Shown: positions 17,619-26,356, counted from the first letter of the stretch. The stretch: DNA of 49,629 nt from a virus (IMGVR_UViG_3300005288_000005:1-49629); one strand, 5' to 3'. The notes: generated by a model from the letters alone, not told the origin. Numbers and translations are program-made.

Positions 17619-18007
17619 TGATTCAGCTCCTTGACCTTGTCGATTGCGCGATTAAACCCGACGGCCTGTTCGCTTTGATCGTTCTGAAAGCAGTCCTCGC
17701 ATTCACGCTCCGGCAACACCACCACCCCTGCGCCACCCGAATGGTCGGGCGATAGCGGGGGTAGAGTCGCTGCTTTATTTTTATCAACAAGTGCGCGAAG
17801 GCCGTGATGGACTGGGCACATTGCAGCAGCGCAGATGCCTGTATGACCTTTCGGCGGGCAGCAGCATCCAGATTGGCGCGGCGCTTCCGGGGCTTCTAGA
17901 ACAGTTTGAATCATGCTCGAAACAGTCTCCGGAAGTCCGTTGCGCAGCATCACCATCCAATATTCCAATTGCTGGCGTGATACTTGGATCATCAGTTTAC
18001 TCGTCAT
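17615..18007 (-). CDS. Hypothetical 130-aa Cys-rich protein
   Basis: ATGA coupling downstream. A GCCCPPKGHTGICAAAMCPVHH cluster. Confidence 0.65.
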   Translation of the reverse strand: MTSKLMIQVSRQQLEYWMVMLRNGLPETVSSMIQTVLEAPEAPRQSGCCCPPKGHTGICAAAMCPVHHGLRALVDKNKAATLPPLSPDHSGGAGVVVLPERECEDCFQNDQSEQAVGFNRAIDKVKELNQ

Positions 18008-18479
18008 GGCTTGCGGCCTCTGGATTGGGGTTGAGGGCTGCGATCAGCGCGACTGCTTCAGCGTAATCCTGATCCTCGTGAACTTCTGGATCGCCGGTTG
18101 ATCCCGCGTATCTCCATGCGTTGTTGACGTCAGCCAGAAGCCCATCCGCATATTCAACAAGGCCTGCGATCATTTTCAAATGGACCGAATTCCGCCGCTC
18201 GGCGTCCGCAAGGCTCACGCGCAGCTTCCTGCACTGAACAAACTTGGCGTCGTGCACAGACTGGATGCGATCAATTTCCGCCATATCGCTTTCAAGGCCA
18301 TTCCTAAGTTTGTCACGCTCACTAGCTACCTTCGCCAGCTCTTCCCGCAAAGCAGCGAGCTGGGATTGGGTTTCTTCATAGCGTACAAACTTATCATCTT
18401 GATCGCCAGCTTCATCTATTTCTTTACAGAATAAAGAGGCGCCATAGTCGTAATCTCTATCAAATATGAAAATATTCAT
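17997..18479 (-). CDS. Hypothetical 160-aa coiled-coil protein
   Basis: ATG at 18479 overlaps the upstream stop (ATGA). Confidence 0.65.
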   Translation of the reverse strand: MNIFIFDRDYDYGASLFCKEIDEAGDQDDKFVRYEETQSQLAALREELAKVASERDKLRNGLESDMAEIDRIQSVHDAKFVQCRKLRVSLADAERRNSVHLKMIAGLVEYADGLLADVNNAWRYAGSTGDPEVHEDQDYAEAVALIAALNPNPEAASHDE

Positions 18480-18664
18480 TTCATCGCACCATTGCAAACC
18501 CGCTCAAAGTAATGATCGACGTTCGGCCAGACTCCTTCCTCTATCATCTGGCACTTCCAAGCCTGATCATCCAACCCATCCTGATAACTCATGCGATTAG
18601 AAACAACGAAACCGATAGACAGTAGGACGATGATTGTTGCGACAGTGATTCCTTGGATGTTCAT
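18476..18664 (-). CDS. Hypothetical 62-aa membrane-anchored protein
   Basis: N-terminal TM helix ITVATIIVLLSIGFVV. ATGA coupling on both sides. Confidence 0.65.
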   Translation of the reverse strand: MNIQGITVATIIVLLSIGFVVSNRMSYQDGLDDQAWKCQMIEEGVWPNVDHYFERVCNGAMK

Positions 18665-19053
18665 TGTGCGTCCTCGTAACGATAGACTGCGTAGTTAAGG
18701 CCCGTCCCGTCAGCTACTGAGAAGGTGGAATTCTGAGAGCCAAGATATTTATCTAAGATCCAGCCCTCTTCTTGGCAGTTGTCTTTCAGCCAAGACTCAA
18801 GAAATTTCCGGTCATACGAGTTGATTGGACAGATAACCCTGCGAGACTCTCTAACCTTTGTCTTGCCAACAACATCAAGGCCGCGAACCCTGCATGGAGC
18901 CTTAACACCGTGAAGGCCTGTAATCAGTTGCGCGAAATCATAAGGATCGATCTCTGCAACAACAAGCGTGATTCCAGATGCCTCATCAGAAATCTCAATG
19001 CAGATCTTGTCATCACTGCGACGACTAATGCCGAGCGCTCCATTGATTACCAT
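18661..19053 (-). CDS. Hypothetical 130-aa protein
   Basis: ATG at 19053 with GGAGGA 6 nt upstream. The track starts at TTG 19059. Confidence 0.65.
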   Translation of the reverse strand: MVINGALGISRRSDDKICIEISDEASGITLVVAEIDPYDFAQLITGLHGVKAPCRVRGLDVVGKTKVRESRRVICPINSYDRKFLESWLKDNCQEEGWILDKYLGSQNSTFSVADGTGLNYAVYRYEDAQ

Positions 19054-19055
19054 AA

Positions 19056-19307
19056 TCAATCCTCCATATCCAATTCAGCCTGCTCAGGGTCTTCCATGTC
19101 TACCGCGTCAGAGTCGAACTTGCATTCCCATACGTGGCGATACAAGGAAGAGTACATTTCGTATGGCAGGCCCATCAGAAGCGCGCCACGGAGCATGCCG
19201 AAGATGTGCTTGTACTCGCTGGTGCGTGAACGCTGGAATTTGTCGTCGGCGTAGGAAATGGCTTTGTGAATGGTCTTAACGAATTCTGCTTGTGCCTTGC
19301 TGTGCAT
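19056..19307 (-). CDS. Hypothetical 83-aa protein with acidic C-terminus
   Basis: ATG at 19307 with AAGGAG 8 nt upstream. First gene of the leftward small-gene operon. Confidence 0.6.
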   Translation of the reverse strand: MHSKAQAEFVKTIHKAISYADDKFQRSRTSEYKHIFGMLRGALLMGLPYEMYSSLYRHVWECKFDSDAVDMEDPEQAELDMED

Positions 19308-19409
19308 TTTTACACTCCTTTTGGCTTGGGTAGAAGTGTATTCCCTAGCGGGCGATTCGTGCAACATTTTTCTTGATAAACTGTGGATATATTTTCAATC
19401 GGTGATGTC

Positions 19410-19856
19410 ATGAAAACCTCTCAGGCCGGTATCGACCTAATCCATAGCTTCGAGACGCTTAGGCTCAAGGCTTATCCAGATCCAGGCAGTAAGGACGGGA
19501 AGCCGATTACGTGCGGCTGGGGATCGACTGGGGCTGACATTACGCTAAATACCGTGTGGACAATGGAATACGCGGATCAGCGATTTGCTGCCGGGCTTTC
19601 GAAGGCTGAGCAAGCCGTCTCTTTGTTGGTCAAGGTGCCGCTGACTCAGAACCAATTCGACGCGCTCGTGTCATTCACCTATAACCTCGGCATCGGTAAC
19701 CTGAAAAGCTCTACGCTGCTCAAGATGCTGAACGAAGGGTTTTACGCGAATGCTGGGCTTCAGCTATTGCGCTGGACGAAGAATGACGGGGTTGAAATGG
19801 CTGGACTTGTTCGCCGTCGCAAGGCTGAGCTGAAACTGTTCTCTGGAGAACACTAA
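19410..19856 (+). CDS. Endolysin, GH24-type lysozyme
   Basis: MKTSQAGIDLIHSFETLRLKAYPD... matches the T4/lambda-type lysozyme N-terminus. No signal-anchor. Confidence 0.85.
   Translation: MKTSQAGIDLIHSFETLRLKAYPDPGSKDGKPITCGWGSTGADITLNTVWTMEYADQRFAAGLSKAEQAVSLLVKVPLTQNQFDALVSFTYNLGIGNLKSSTLLKMLNEGFYANAGLQLLRWTKNDGVEMAGLVRRRKAELKLFSGEH
19838..19851. repeat. 14-bp palindrome family copy (GTTCTCTGGAGAAC)
   Basis: One mismatch to GTTCTCCGGAGAAC. Ends 2 nt before the endolysin stop codon. Confidence 0.8.
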
Positions 19857-20224
19857 TGCCATGGTTATCCGCTATACCATGGCGCTTCCTCTCAGGCCTC
19901 GCTGTTGGCGCGTTCGTAGTTTGGCTTTGGCATGATGCTGCGTCGTCTCGCGTGGAGACTGAGCGCGTACAGGAACGGCTTGAGTCGGCATTCTCGGTCA
20001 TTGCAGCGAACAAGCATGACGAATCAATAGCTATGGCGTGGGAAGTGCGTCTATCGGAGCTTCGAGCAAATGAAAGCACTATCATCCGTGAGCGCGAAAA
20101 GATTGTTGAGCTGCCTGTCTATCGCAATATTTGCCTCGACGCTGACGGCGTGCAGCTCGCAAACGACGCAAAGAACGGGCGTATCGCAAGCAAGCCTGTT
20201 GACGCCTTGCCGGATACCAAGTGA
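19856..20224 (+). CDS. Rz: i-spanin (Rz-like)
   Basis: TAATG coupling to the endolysin gene. N-terminal TM helix then a coiled coil. Confidence 0.8.
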   Translation: MPWLSAIPWRFLSGLAVGAFVVWLWHDAASSRVETERVQERLESAFSVIAANKHDESIAMAWEVRLSELRANESTIIREREKIVELPVYRNICLDADGVQLANDAKNGRIASKPVDALPDTK

Positions 20225-20345
20225 TCTGGAAGGCGTAACAGGGAAGGATGCGCTGACTGCACTGACTGAGTGGGGTGCGGCGCTTAGAGAGTGCTCTGAG
20301 CGGCAGAAGGCCTTGGCTTCCGCTGTTTCCGGCTCAAATCAATAG
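20070..20345 (+). CDS. Rz1: o-spanin (Rz1-like lipoprotein), overlapped type
   Basis: Starts inside Rz in the +1 frame. Signal peptide with lipobox LTAC. Confidence 0.75.
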   Translation: MKALSSVSAKRLLSCLSIAIFASTLTACSSQTTQRTGVSQASLLTPCRIPSDLEGVTGKDALTALTEWGAALRECSERQKALASAVSGSNQ

Positions 20346-20841
20346 AACCCCAAGGATTATGCTTCGGAGGAACCGGCTTAACCCTCTTGAAGTCTACCGA
20401 GAATCCTCGAAGCTTCATCCACATACGCATGCACGTTACATTATTCCATCCGATGTGATGAGCAACCTGGGTTGCAGTATGCGAGCCTGCCATCGAGCGA
20501 ATCACATCAATAGCCTTGGAGCCGGTTCTTTTTTCATAAGCACCAGCCGCGCTATTGTCGTTCGCAATCTTGGCAATTGAAATGTTCTTCTTCGCTTCTT
20601 CTGTCTTGGCAGCGATTGCAACAAAGGCGCTGCTCGGATTGCATCTAGACCGATAAGCGCTGATATGCTCGATACAACGGATTGACACATCAAACTTTTC
20701 AGCGAGCGCAGCACAGCTAGCAATTGAGTTGATCCGCGCAATCTCTTCCTTTTTCCACTCAATCAGCTGCCTGATCTGCTCTACGTCTTCATCAGTAAGC
20801 TTTGCGTTTGGGTGATTCTCTCCTCGGGCGCGACTAACCAT
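20284..20841 (-). CDS. Multi-HTH DNA-binding protein (185 aa)
   Basis: TAATG coupling. The N-terminal 55 aa are paralogous to the 61-aa protein upstream. A second HTH-like segment lies near the C-terminus. Confidence 0.65.
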   Translation of the reverse strand: MVSRARGENHPNAKLTDEDVEQIRQLIEWKKEEIARINSIASCAALAEKFDVSIRCIEHISAYRSRCNPSSAFVAIAAKTEEAKKNISIAKIANDNSAAGAYEKRTGSKAIDVIRSMAGSHTATQVAHHIGWNNVTCMRMWMKLRGFSVDFKRVKPVPPKHNPWGSIDLSRKQRKPRPSAAQSTL

Positions 20842-21026
20842 TACCAAGTCCTATAGTTGACGACGTGAGAGATGCAAGTAACGGATACGCCGAATTTCTC
20901 AGCTAGCGCCTTATTCCCCGCAATCGAATGAATTCGCTCAATCTCCGCCTTCTTCCACTCGTAAAGCTCGCGGATCTGCTCGGCGTCTTCGTGCGTGATT
21001 TTTGCGTTGTGGTTTAGTTTTCTCAT
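20841..21026 (-). CDS. Small HTH DNA-binding protein (61 aa)
   Basis: GGAGG SD. NAKITHEDAEQIRELYEWKK...ALAEKFGVSVTCISHVVNYRTW. Confidence 0.7.
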   Translation of the reverse strand: MRKLNHNAKITHEDAEQIRELYEWKKAEIERIHSIAGNKALAEKFGVSVTCISHVVNYRTW

Positions 21027-21028
21027 GA

Positions 21029-22249
21029 TTAAACCTCCATATCCTTAATGTTCCACTCTGCGCGACGGCGCTTCATAAGTTCGCAATACTTCTGGTAGGC
21101 TGCGCTCTTTGTCGGACTGAACCCAAGGCCCTTGCACCAGTAGTCGTTCTTCAGGAACGTCTTAACCACCTTGCGCCAGGTCGGAACCTTGCCGCGACTC
21201 TCAAGCGACTTATCCGCCAGATCCGGAATGCCATCAGGATAGCCGCGCTTACTCCACCACTTGAGGTAAACAGATAGTTTGTTGCGGTAATGCTCAGCAG
21301 TCGGGCGCGGCATAGTGCGCAGAATATGCTTAGCAAAACTCTCGAACGTGTGACCTTCAGGCAATGCAATGCTGTGATTGCCCATCACTGCGCCTTTCTC
21401 CTGGCTGTACATCTTGCCAGTGTTGGCCCCAGCGCATCGCAATACAACCTTTGCCCACATTGCAGGATCAACGATCTGATACAGCCACAGGCCTTTGCGC
21501 GCCTCATCACCGAACGGCTCGCAAATACGCATCTGGCTAATCTTCATGCCGGCCTGGTGCATGCGGTCATAAAGACGGTTGTAGTCGAGTCCGGTTTTGC
21601 CATGGAAGCGCCAAATGTCTTTGGTCTTCCAGTCGTAGATTGGGTAGATATTCCAGGCGATACCTTCGACTTGCGTTGTCCATTGCTTGCCTTGAAAGGT
21701 CGGTTTGTCGTCACGAGCGATGGCACGGAACCGGTTAAGGCTCTCGTCGGCGCGGATACCAACGAAGCAGGCGCAGGACTTGCCTTGTGCGTACCACTGT
21801 GCGAATGCAGGTGTGAATTCCTCGAACGGCATACCGGTGTAGTAGAACGGGAAATAGGATTCGTCGGTAATGCTCATCTTTTCAGGCTGACGAACCCAAA
21901 GTTCCGTCTTTGCTGGATCCCAGGCAGTCCACTCTGGTTCGATCTGGCTGCAAGCGTTCCAAGTTTTCATGGGAAGCGCTACCCAATACGGATCAATCAC
22001 GTCCGAGTACATCTCGAACATCTTTTTAGCGAAGTCGATAGTCAGGCCGATTTGGCATTCCCAATCGATCATCAGGACGCCAATCCGAACACCTCGAGCG
22101 CGAGCCTCTTGAGCAACCATGTGTAGCATCACTGTCGAGTCTTTGCCGGCGCTGAATGACAGATAGATGCGCTCAAAGTTATCGAACGTGAACGCAATCC
22201 TTTCCTTTGCGGCCTCGAATACGTCTAGACCTAATCCTCTTTTTGGCAT
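21029..22249 (-). CDS. PAPS-reductase-family PP-loop ATP pyrophosphatase with long C-terminal extension (IbrA-like)
   Basis: SFSAGKDS PP-loop motif near the N-terminus. 406 aa. Neighbours a ParB-like gene. Confidence 0.8.
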   Translation of the reverse strand: MPKRGLGLDVFEAAKERIAFTFDNFERIYLSFSAGKDSTVMLHMVAQEARARGVRIGVLMIDWECQIGLTIDFAKKMFEMYSDVIDPYWVALPMKTWNACSQIEPEWTAWDPAKTELWVRQPEKMSITDESYFPFYYTGMPFEEFTPAFAQWYAQGKSCACFVGIRADESLNRFRAIARDDKPTFQGKQWTTQVEGIAWNIYPIYDWKTKDIWRFHGKTGLDYNRLYDRMHQAGMKISQMRICEPFGDEARKGLWLYQIVDPAMWAKVVLRCAGANTGKMYSQEKGAVMGNHSIALPEGHTFESFAKHILRTMPRPTAEHYRNKLSVYLKWWSKRGYPDGIPDLADKSLESRGKVPTWRKVVKTFLKNDYWCKGLGFSPTKSAAYQKYCELMKRRRAEWNIKDMEV

Positions 22250-22626
22250 TTCAGTTCCACCCTCGTGAAATTCTTAGTCTTGCTTTTGATGGTGAAGCCT
22301 AGCGCCAGGAAAGCGCCAAGGCTTGCAGGTGTGCAGTTTGCCTTTAAGGCGGAGGGCTTGGCAAGCAGAATTCGCGCAAGCAATGCGGAAAATATGCCGT
22401 CTCTGCGCCACGCCGTTTTAACGTAGCAATCTGAAACAACGTTTCCGCGCAATGAGGCGAACCCGACCAAGGCGCCACAGACGTATGCAGCAAACCACTC
22501 CTTATCATCGTCGTCGTAAATGTGAATACCAACCTCCTGCGCGACATGGCGCGAACCGAAGTAAGGCCCCATCAGCCGATAGAAGTCCTTATTTTCGCGA
22601 GACAAGCTTAGGATTTGCACGTTCAA
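22231..22626 (-). CDS. GNAT-like acetyltransferase (131 aa)
   Basis: TTG start with GGAGGG 6 nt upstream. WRRDGIFSALL resembles GNAT motif A. Confidence 0.6.
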   Translation of the reverse strand: MNVQILSLSRENKDFYRLMGPYFGSRHVAQEVGIHIYDDDDKEWFAAYVCGALVGFASLRGNVVSDCYVKTAWRRDGIFSALLARILLAKPSALKANCTPASLGAFLALGFTIKSKTKNFTRVELKCQKED

Positions 22627-22996
22627 AGCGATCCCTCCATTCGATGATTGCGATGTCTGCCGCCAGATTCGCTAACTCTTGCTGTTCTTCAGCCATCATC
22701 CGCCAGCCTAGCCGCGTCAGATCCTCGCTAGCGCCGTGATTCAAGTAGCAGGCAGCGTGCCCTATCCATGCCTGGTGATTAATCACTGTGGCGCTTAGGT
22801 TTACGTCGCAGCTATTCGGCCATTCGTCCAGCACAAGCAGGCACGACGACAGGAAGGCTTCGTAGTCGATCATCAGGTTAGCCGAGGCTTCTGGCATTCC
22901 CGTCCGATCTGCTGGCGGAAGAACCTTCCACATCATCCCTTCGTATTCCTCGCACTCAAGGTAGTGCCGGTAGACGCGCTTAAACCTTCGATTCAT
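22589..22996 (-). CDS. Hypothetical 135-aa protein inside the ParB/PAPS-reductase cassette
   Basis: ATG with GGAG 7 nt upstream. Overlaps both neighbouring genes. No family recognised. Confidence 0.65.
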   Translation of the reverse strand: MNRRFKRVYRHYLECEEYEGMMWKVLPPADRTGMPEASANLMIDYEAFLSSCLLVLDEWPNSCDVNLSATVINHQAWIGHAACYLNHGASEDLTRLGWRMMAEEQQELANLAADIAIIEWRDRFERANPKLVSRK

Positions 22997-23624
22997 CAAT
23001 CAGCTCCAACTCATCTGCTTCGTCAAACGATACGGCTTCCCATGCCTCGCTGAAATCCTCATCGCCAAACAGGCCGGCAAGGCCAGTCACTTGCTGCAAA
23101 CGCAGAACCTCGTCAGCGTCCATGCCCAATTCAGTAGAGATACGATCATCAGTCCAGAAGCGGCGCTTAAGCTCTACAACGATCTCAGACATGCTTTCGA
23201 CCTTGTGCGCACCACGAGCCCGGTTGTGGCGAATCGTCGCTGCCATGCGGTCGTTACGGTCTTGCTGGTCGGCTTTAAGCTCAACGATGGGTAGGTAGCC
23301 ATGCACGCGAGCGCTGATGGATGGCGATTCCTTGCCTACGCGGTGACGGTGGAATCCATCGATTACTTCAATGCCTTCGTTCGGCCAAGTAACAATCGGC
23401 TGCGTGTAGCCGTCCGACATAATCGAATGCTCTAGCAGCTTCATTTCTGGAGGCGCTACCGAGTTGGGGTTGTAGTCGTTTGCGTGAACGATGGTATTCG
23501 GAACCCAGCGAACGAAGTCTACTGGCTCGCTTGCGAACGGGCTGTGCTTGTGGATCTCGGCGCGAAGGCGATTGATTTCCTCTACGCGCTCTGCAAGCGG
23601 TAGTTCTGATAGGTAGTCGAACAT
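22980..23624 (-). CDS. ParB/Srx-fold N-terminal-domain protein (IbrB-like)
   Basis: IDGFHRHRV (DGxHR motif). AAGGAAG SD. 214 aa. Confidence 0.8.
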   Translation of the reverse strand: MFDYLSELPLAERVEEINRLRAEIHKHSPFASEPVDFVRWVPNTIVHANDYNPNSVAPPEMKLLEHSIMSDGYTQPIVTWPNEGIEVIDGFHRHRVGKESPSISARVHGYLPIVELKADQQDRNDRMAATIRHNRARGAHKVESMSEIVVELKRRFWTDDRISTELGMDADEVLRLQQVTGLAGLFGDEDFSEAWEAVSFDEADELELIDESKV

Positions 23625-23679
23625 TGATTCTTCCTTGTTGTGCGGGGGAGTAGCCCCTGGTTAGAGGGGCTTTTCTTGA

Positions 23680-24153
23680 TTAGGCGCCTAGCAGGTAGTG
23701 CGCAGGGGCAAACGGAATGTCATCCGAGAAGTTGTCTGGTGGAGCGGCTTGCTGACTAGGTTGCTGGCGCTGCTGTTGAGGCTTAGGCTGCGAGCTACCG
23801 CCGTCAGCAGGTTTGCCACCCAACAACTGCATAGTGCCCTGCATGTCAACCTTGATCTCAGTCGTATAGCGCTTAACTCCATCTTTCTCCCACTCACGAG
23901 TCTCAAGCTTGCCTTCGATGTAAATCTGAGAGCCCTTTCGGCAATACTCGCCAGCGATCTCGGCAACCTTGCCGAACATGACAACACGATGCCACTCTGT
24001 CTTCTCTTTCTTCTCGCCGGTCTGCTTGTCCTTCCATTGCTCACTAGTGGCGAGACTCAGGTTACACACTGCATTGCCATTAGTGAGATATTTCACTTCG
24101 GGATCTTGGCCCAAAGTGCCTACGAGGATTACTTTGTTTACGCCGCGAGCCAT
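23680..24153 (-). CDS. ssb: Single-stranded DNA-binding protein
   Basis: [22 protein letters not shown]... OB fold, Gln/Pro-rich linker, acidic tip DDIPF. Confidence 0.95.
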   Translation of the reverse strand: MARGVNKVILVGTLGQDPEVKYLTNGNAVCNLSLATSEQWKDKQTGEKKEKTEWHRVVMFGKVAEIAGEYCRKGSQIYIEGKLETREWEKDGVKRYTTEIKVDMQGTMQLLGGKPADGGSSQPKPQQQRQQPSQQAAPPDNFSDDIPFAPAHYLLGA

Positions 24154-24716
24154 TATTGTGCCGCCTCTTGTGGATTTTTGATTTGTGCTTTCTGTTCGTC
24201 GGTCAATTTACCAGACTGCTCAACCTTTGCAATGATTTTTTCTGCTGTTGCTTTACCTTCTGCAATCAGCGCCAGCCATGCTGCCAGATTGTCGGCGAAT
24301 TTCTGCGCGTCGTAGTAAGCAATCTCCAGCTTCGAAAACCGATGCGCCTTACGCTTTCCGCGAGTCACGGTAAGCATCAGCTCGAAATCCTCTTGGATGT
24401 CGCTGAAGTGGCTGATGCGGATGCCGCCTACCTTCACACCACCGTAAACAACCTCCGGATCGCGGTATAGGGTAAGCGAGCGACCAACCCACGGATCTGG
24501 ATACTCGCCCCAAGCCGAGATGATTGCGCGGCGCATAGACAAGCAGGGCTTGTACGGACGACCTTCAAAGCCATCAGTATAGATGAATACCGGGTTTTCC
24601 TTGTTGCCGCGTGTCACCTGAGTAACCTTGACCGTGCGCGGACATGAGATCAGGTCGTCCGCATTCGCTTGATCGGTCTTAGGAATGATTGTGTTTGCGA
24701 AACTTTCACCGCTCAT
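24153..24716 (-). CDS. Hypothetical 187-aa protein of the recombination module
   Basis: TAATG/ATGA coupling between the exonuclease and SSB genes. No family recognised with confidence. Confidence 0.65.
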   Translation of the reverse strand: MSGESFANTIIPKTDQANADDLISCPRTVKVTQVTRGNKENPVFIYTDGFEGRPYKPCLSMRRAIISAWGEYPDPWVGRSLTLYRDPEVVYGGVKVGGIRISHFSDIQEDFELMLTVTRGKRKAHRFSKLEIAYYDAQKFADNLAAWLALIAEGKATAEKIIAKVEQSGKLTDEQKAQIKNPQEAAQ

Positions 24717-25621
24717 TGTGCATCTCCAAAATTAACTTCGCCTTCTTCTTCATCGTCCTGCTCGAACGCGTAATTCGGAATCTCAATCTCATCATCCGTT
24801 TCATCGTCGTCAGGATACGCAGGAAAATCTCCACGATCAAGACAAATTGCAAGTGTTGTCAGCGCCTCACGAAATAAAGCCTCGCCCTTCTTTCGCGACT
24901 CAGGACCGAGACGCCAGCGGTTCGAGGCGTGCGGCTTCTGTTCCTCCACGGCGCCAAAGTAGAACTCCTGCAAATCCTCGCCCGTCGCGCACTTGAAGAC
25001 GTGGCGATAGAACGCGTCCTGCATGTGATACATGTACGTGTTGATAGATCCGGAGAACTTATGGCGGCGTGCGTCCTGGGTCTTCTTGATGTCCAAAGAG
25101 ATGTTGCAGTGAGTCAGCCAGTCGAATTTGCACTTGATCGTCAGGCCGGTATCAGGGTCAACCGCGAAATACGCAACCTCTGCCTTGCCTGGTAGCGTGA
25201 TGATGCTGCTGAGCTTGCGATTCTTGTAGACGCCCGCAGTCATACCCTTGACCGTCTCAGCCTCTCCCAAGGTAAGCACTTGAGCGGATGGATGATCCTT
25301 GCACGCCTGCTTGTACAGAGTCGACGTGCGGGCGTCACACTCGACGATCCGATAGTCACGCTTGAACAGGTCAGGCTCCAAGGTGCTGCTGTGGAACGCG
25401 GAACCGATCTCCATGTTGCGTGTTGACTTCCACTTGCCGCGAGCTGTAGCGTGCGCAGGAGAGCGCAGGACGGCAGTTAGGAAGCTGTTGCTGTAGCCTT
25501 CGCTGGAATGGTAGCGGTCATTATCAATATTTTCATGACGGCCTACTGCGAACTTTTCGCGGGCTGGTTTTGCTGGATCAGCCTGCTGTTGAATCCAATC
25601 TTCCTGAATAGCTGCCGTCAC
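24713..25621 (-). CDS. PD-(D/E)XK exonuclease, RecE/DUF3799-like
   Basis: RYHSSEGYSNSFLTAVLRSPAHA and SLDIKKT motifs. GTG start overlapping the upstream stop. Confidence 0.7.
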   Translation of the reverse strand: MTAAIQEDWIQQQADPAKPAREKFAVGRHENIDNDRYHSSEGYSNSFLTAVLRSPAHATARGKWKSTRNMEIGSAFHSSTLEPDLFKRDYRIVECDARTSTLYKQACKDHPSAQVLTLGEAETVKGMTAGVYKNRKLSSIITLPGKAEVAYFAVDPDTGLTIKCKFDWLTHCNISLDIKKTQDARRHKFSGSINTYMYHMQDAFYRHVFKCATGEDLQEFYFGAVEEQKPHASNRWRLGPESRKKGEALFREALTTLAICLDRGDFPAYPDDDETDDEIEIPNYAFEQDDEEEGEVNFGDAQ

Positions 25622-25956
25622 TTCGAAACCCCTTCCTGCATGATGTGGCTCAGATGTTCACGCGCAACACTTCTGATTGCCTCGCGCCGCTCAGTAACAG
25701 ACAGCAACTGCTTGATGTCGGTCGCAAGCTCGGCGGCCATGTGGTTGACAATCCGATCAGCAAGCTCAGACTCGATACGATCAGCCATCTTGCGCTTCAA
25801 ACCGTCAATGTCGACCATCGCCCACACTTCAGCAAGCATCTCGGTCGGCAGCTTGAAGCGGCTTGCGTAATCGGATGCTATCCAGTTTCCGTCGCTGATA
25901 ATTTTCAGAACAGAATTCTGAGCTGCTTGTGCTATTGCTTTTTCGAACTCGCTCAT
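25618..25956 (-). CDS. Hypothetical 112-aa early protein
   Basis: Translationally coupled on both sides. Confidence 0.7.
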   Translation of the reverse strand: MSEFEKAIAQAAQNSVLKIISDGNWIASDYASRFKLPTEMLAEVWAMVDIDGLKRKMADRIESELADRIVNHMAAELATDIKQLLSVTERREAIRSVAREHLSHIMQEGVSK

Positions 25957-26093
25957 TTCGTCGCCCTCGACCAGTAAACCGTTAGTTTCATGTATTTCTT
26001 CCGCTTAGCCTTTGTAATCCGATGCCCAAACTTATCAGCCTCGCCGATTATTGCTGTCCAGATGGCGTCGCGGTAGGTCATGTGCAGCTCCAT
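25953..26093 (-). CDS. Hypothetical basic 46-aa protein (absent from the ORF track)
   Basis: My hand translation gives MELHMTYRDAIWTAIIGEADKFGHRITKAKRKKYMKLTVYWSRATK. TAATG and ATGA coupling. Confidence 0.5.
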   Translation of the reverse strand: MELHMTYRDAIWTAIIGEADKFGHRITKAKRKKYMKLTVYWSRATK

Positions 26094-26356
26094 TAGACTT
26101 CCTGTACTTCACCAGACTCAATGCGCGCATTACAGATATCGTTCCCGCGCTGCTGATCTTCCTCGTCCTTGCCGATAAACATGAATCCTTCTTCTGGCAC
26201 TTCTTGAAACTGAGCGTAAAGACCTGCACCGCTATGGGCTTTAGCGTCGTCTTCAACAAGGATCAGATAGAGATCGTCAGTGCACTCTGGATCACCAGAG
26301 CTTTCGGACAGATCCAGCAGTTCTTTGATTTGGTAGTGAGTCAGTGCGATTTTCAT
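26093..26356 (-). CDS. Strongly acidic 87-aa early protein
   Basis: AGAGGGA SD. About 21 D/E versus about 6 K/R by my count. First gene behind the 26384..26412 promoter. Confidence 0.7.
   Translation of the reverse strand: MKIALTHYQIKELLDLSESSGDPECTDDLYLILVEDDAKAHSGAGLYAQFQEVPEEGFMFIGKDEEDQQRGNDICNARIESGEVQEV

Noticed and set aside
23652-23677. Hairpin AGCCCCT-ggttag-AGGGGCT between ssb and the ParB-like gene, considered as a terminator splitting the leftward operon
   Set aside because: The T-tract follows the hairpin only on the plus strand. On the coding (minus) strand it is followed by ACTCCCCC, so it is not a canonical terminator for that operon. It may block antisense transcription or be a processing site.
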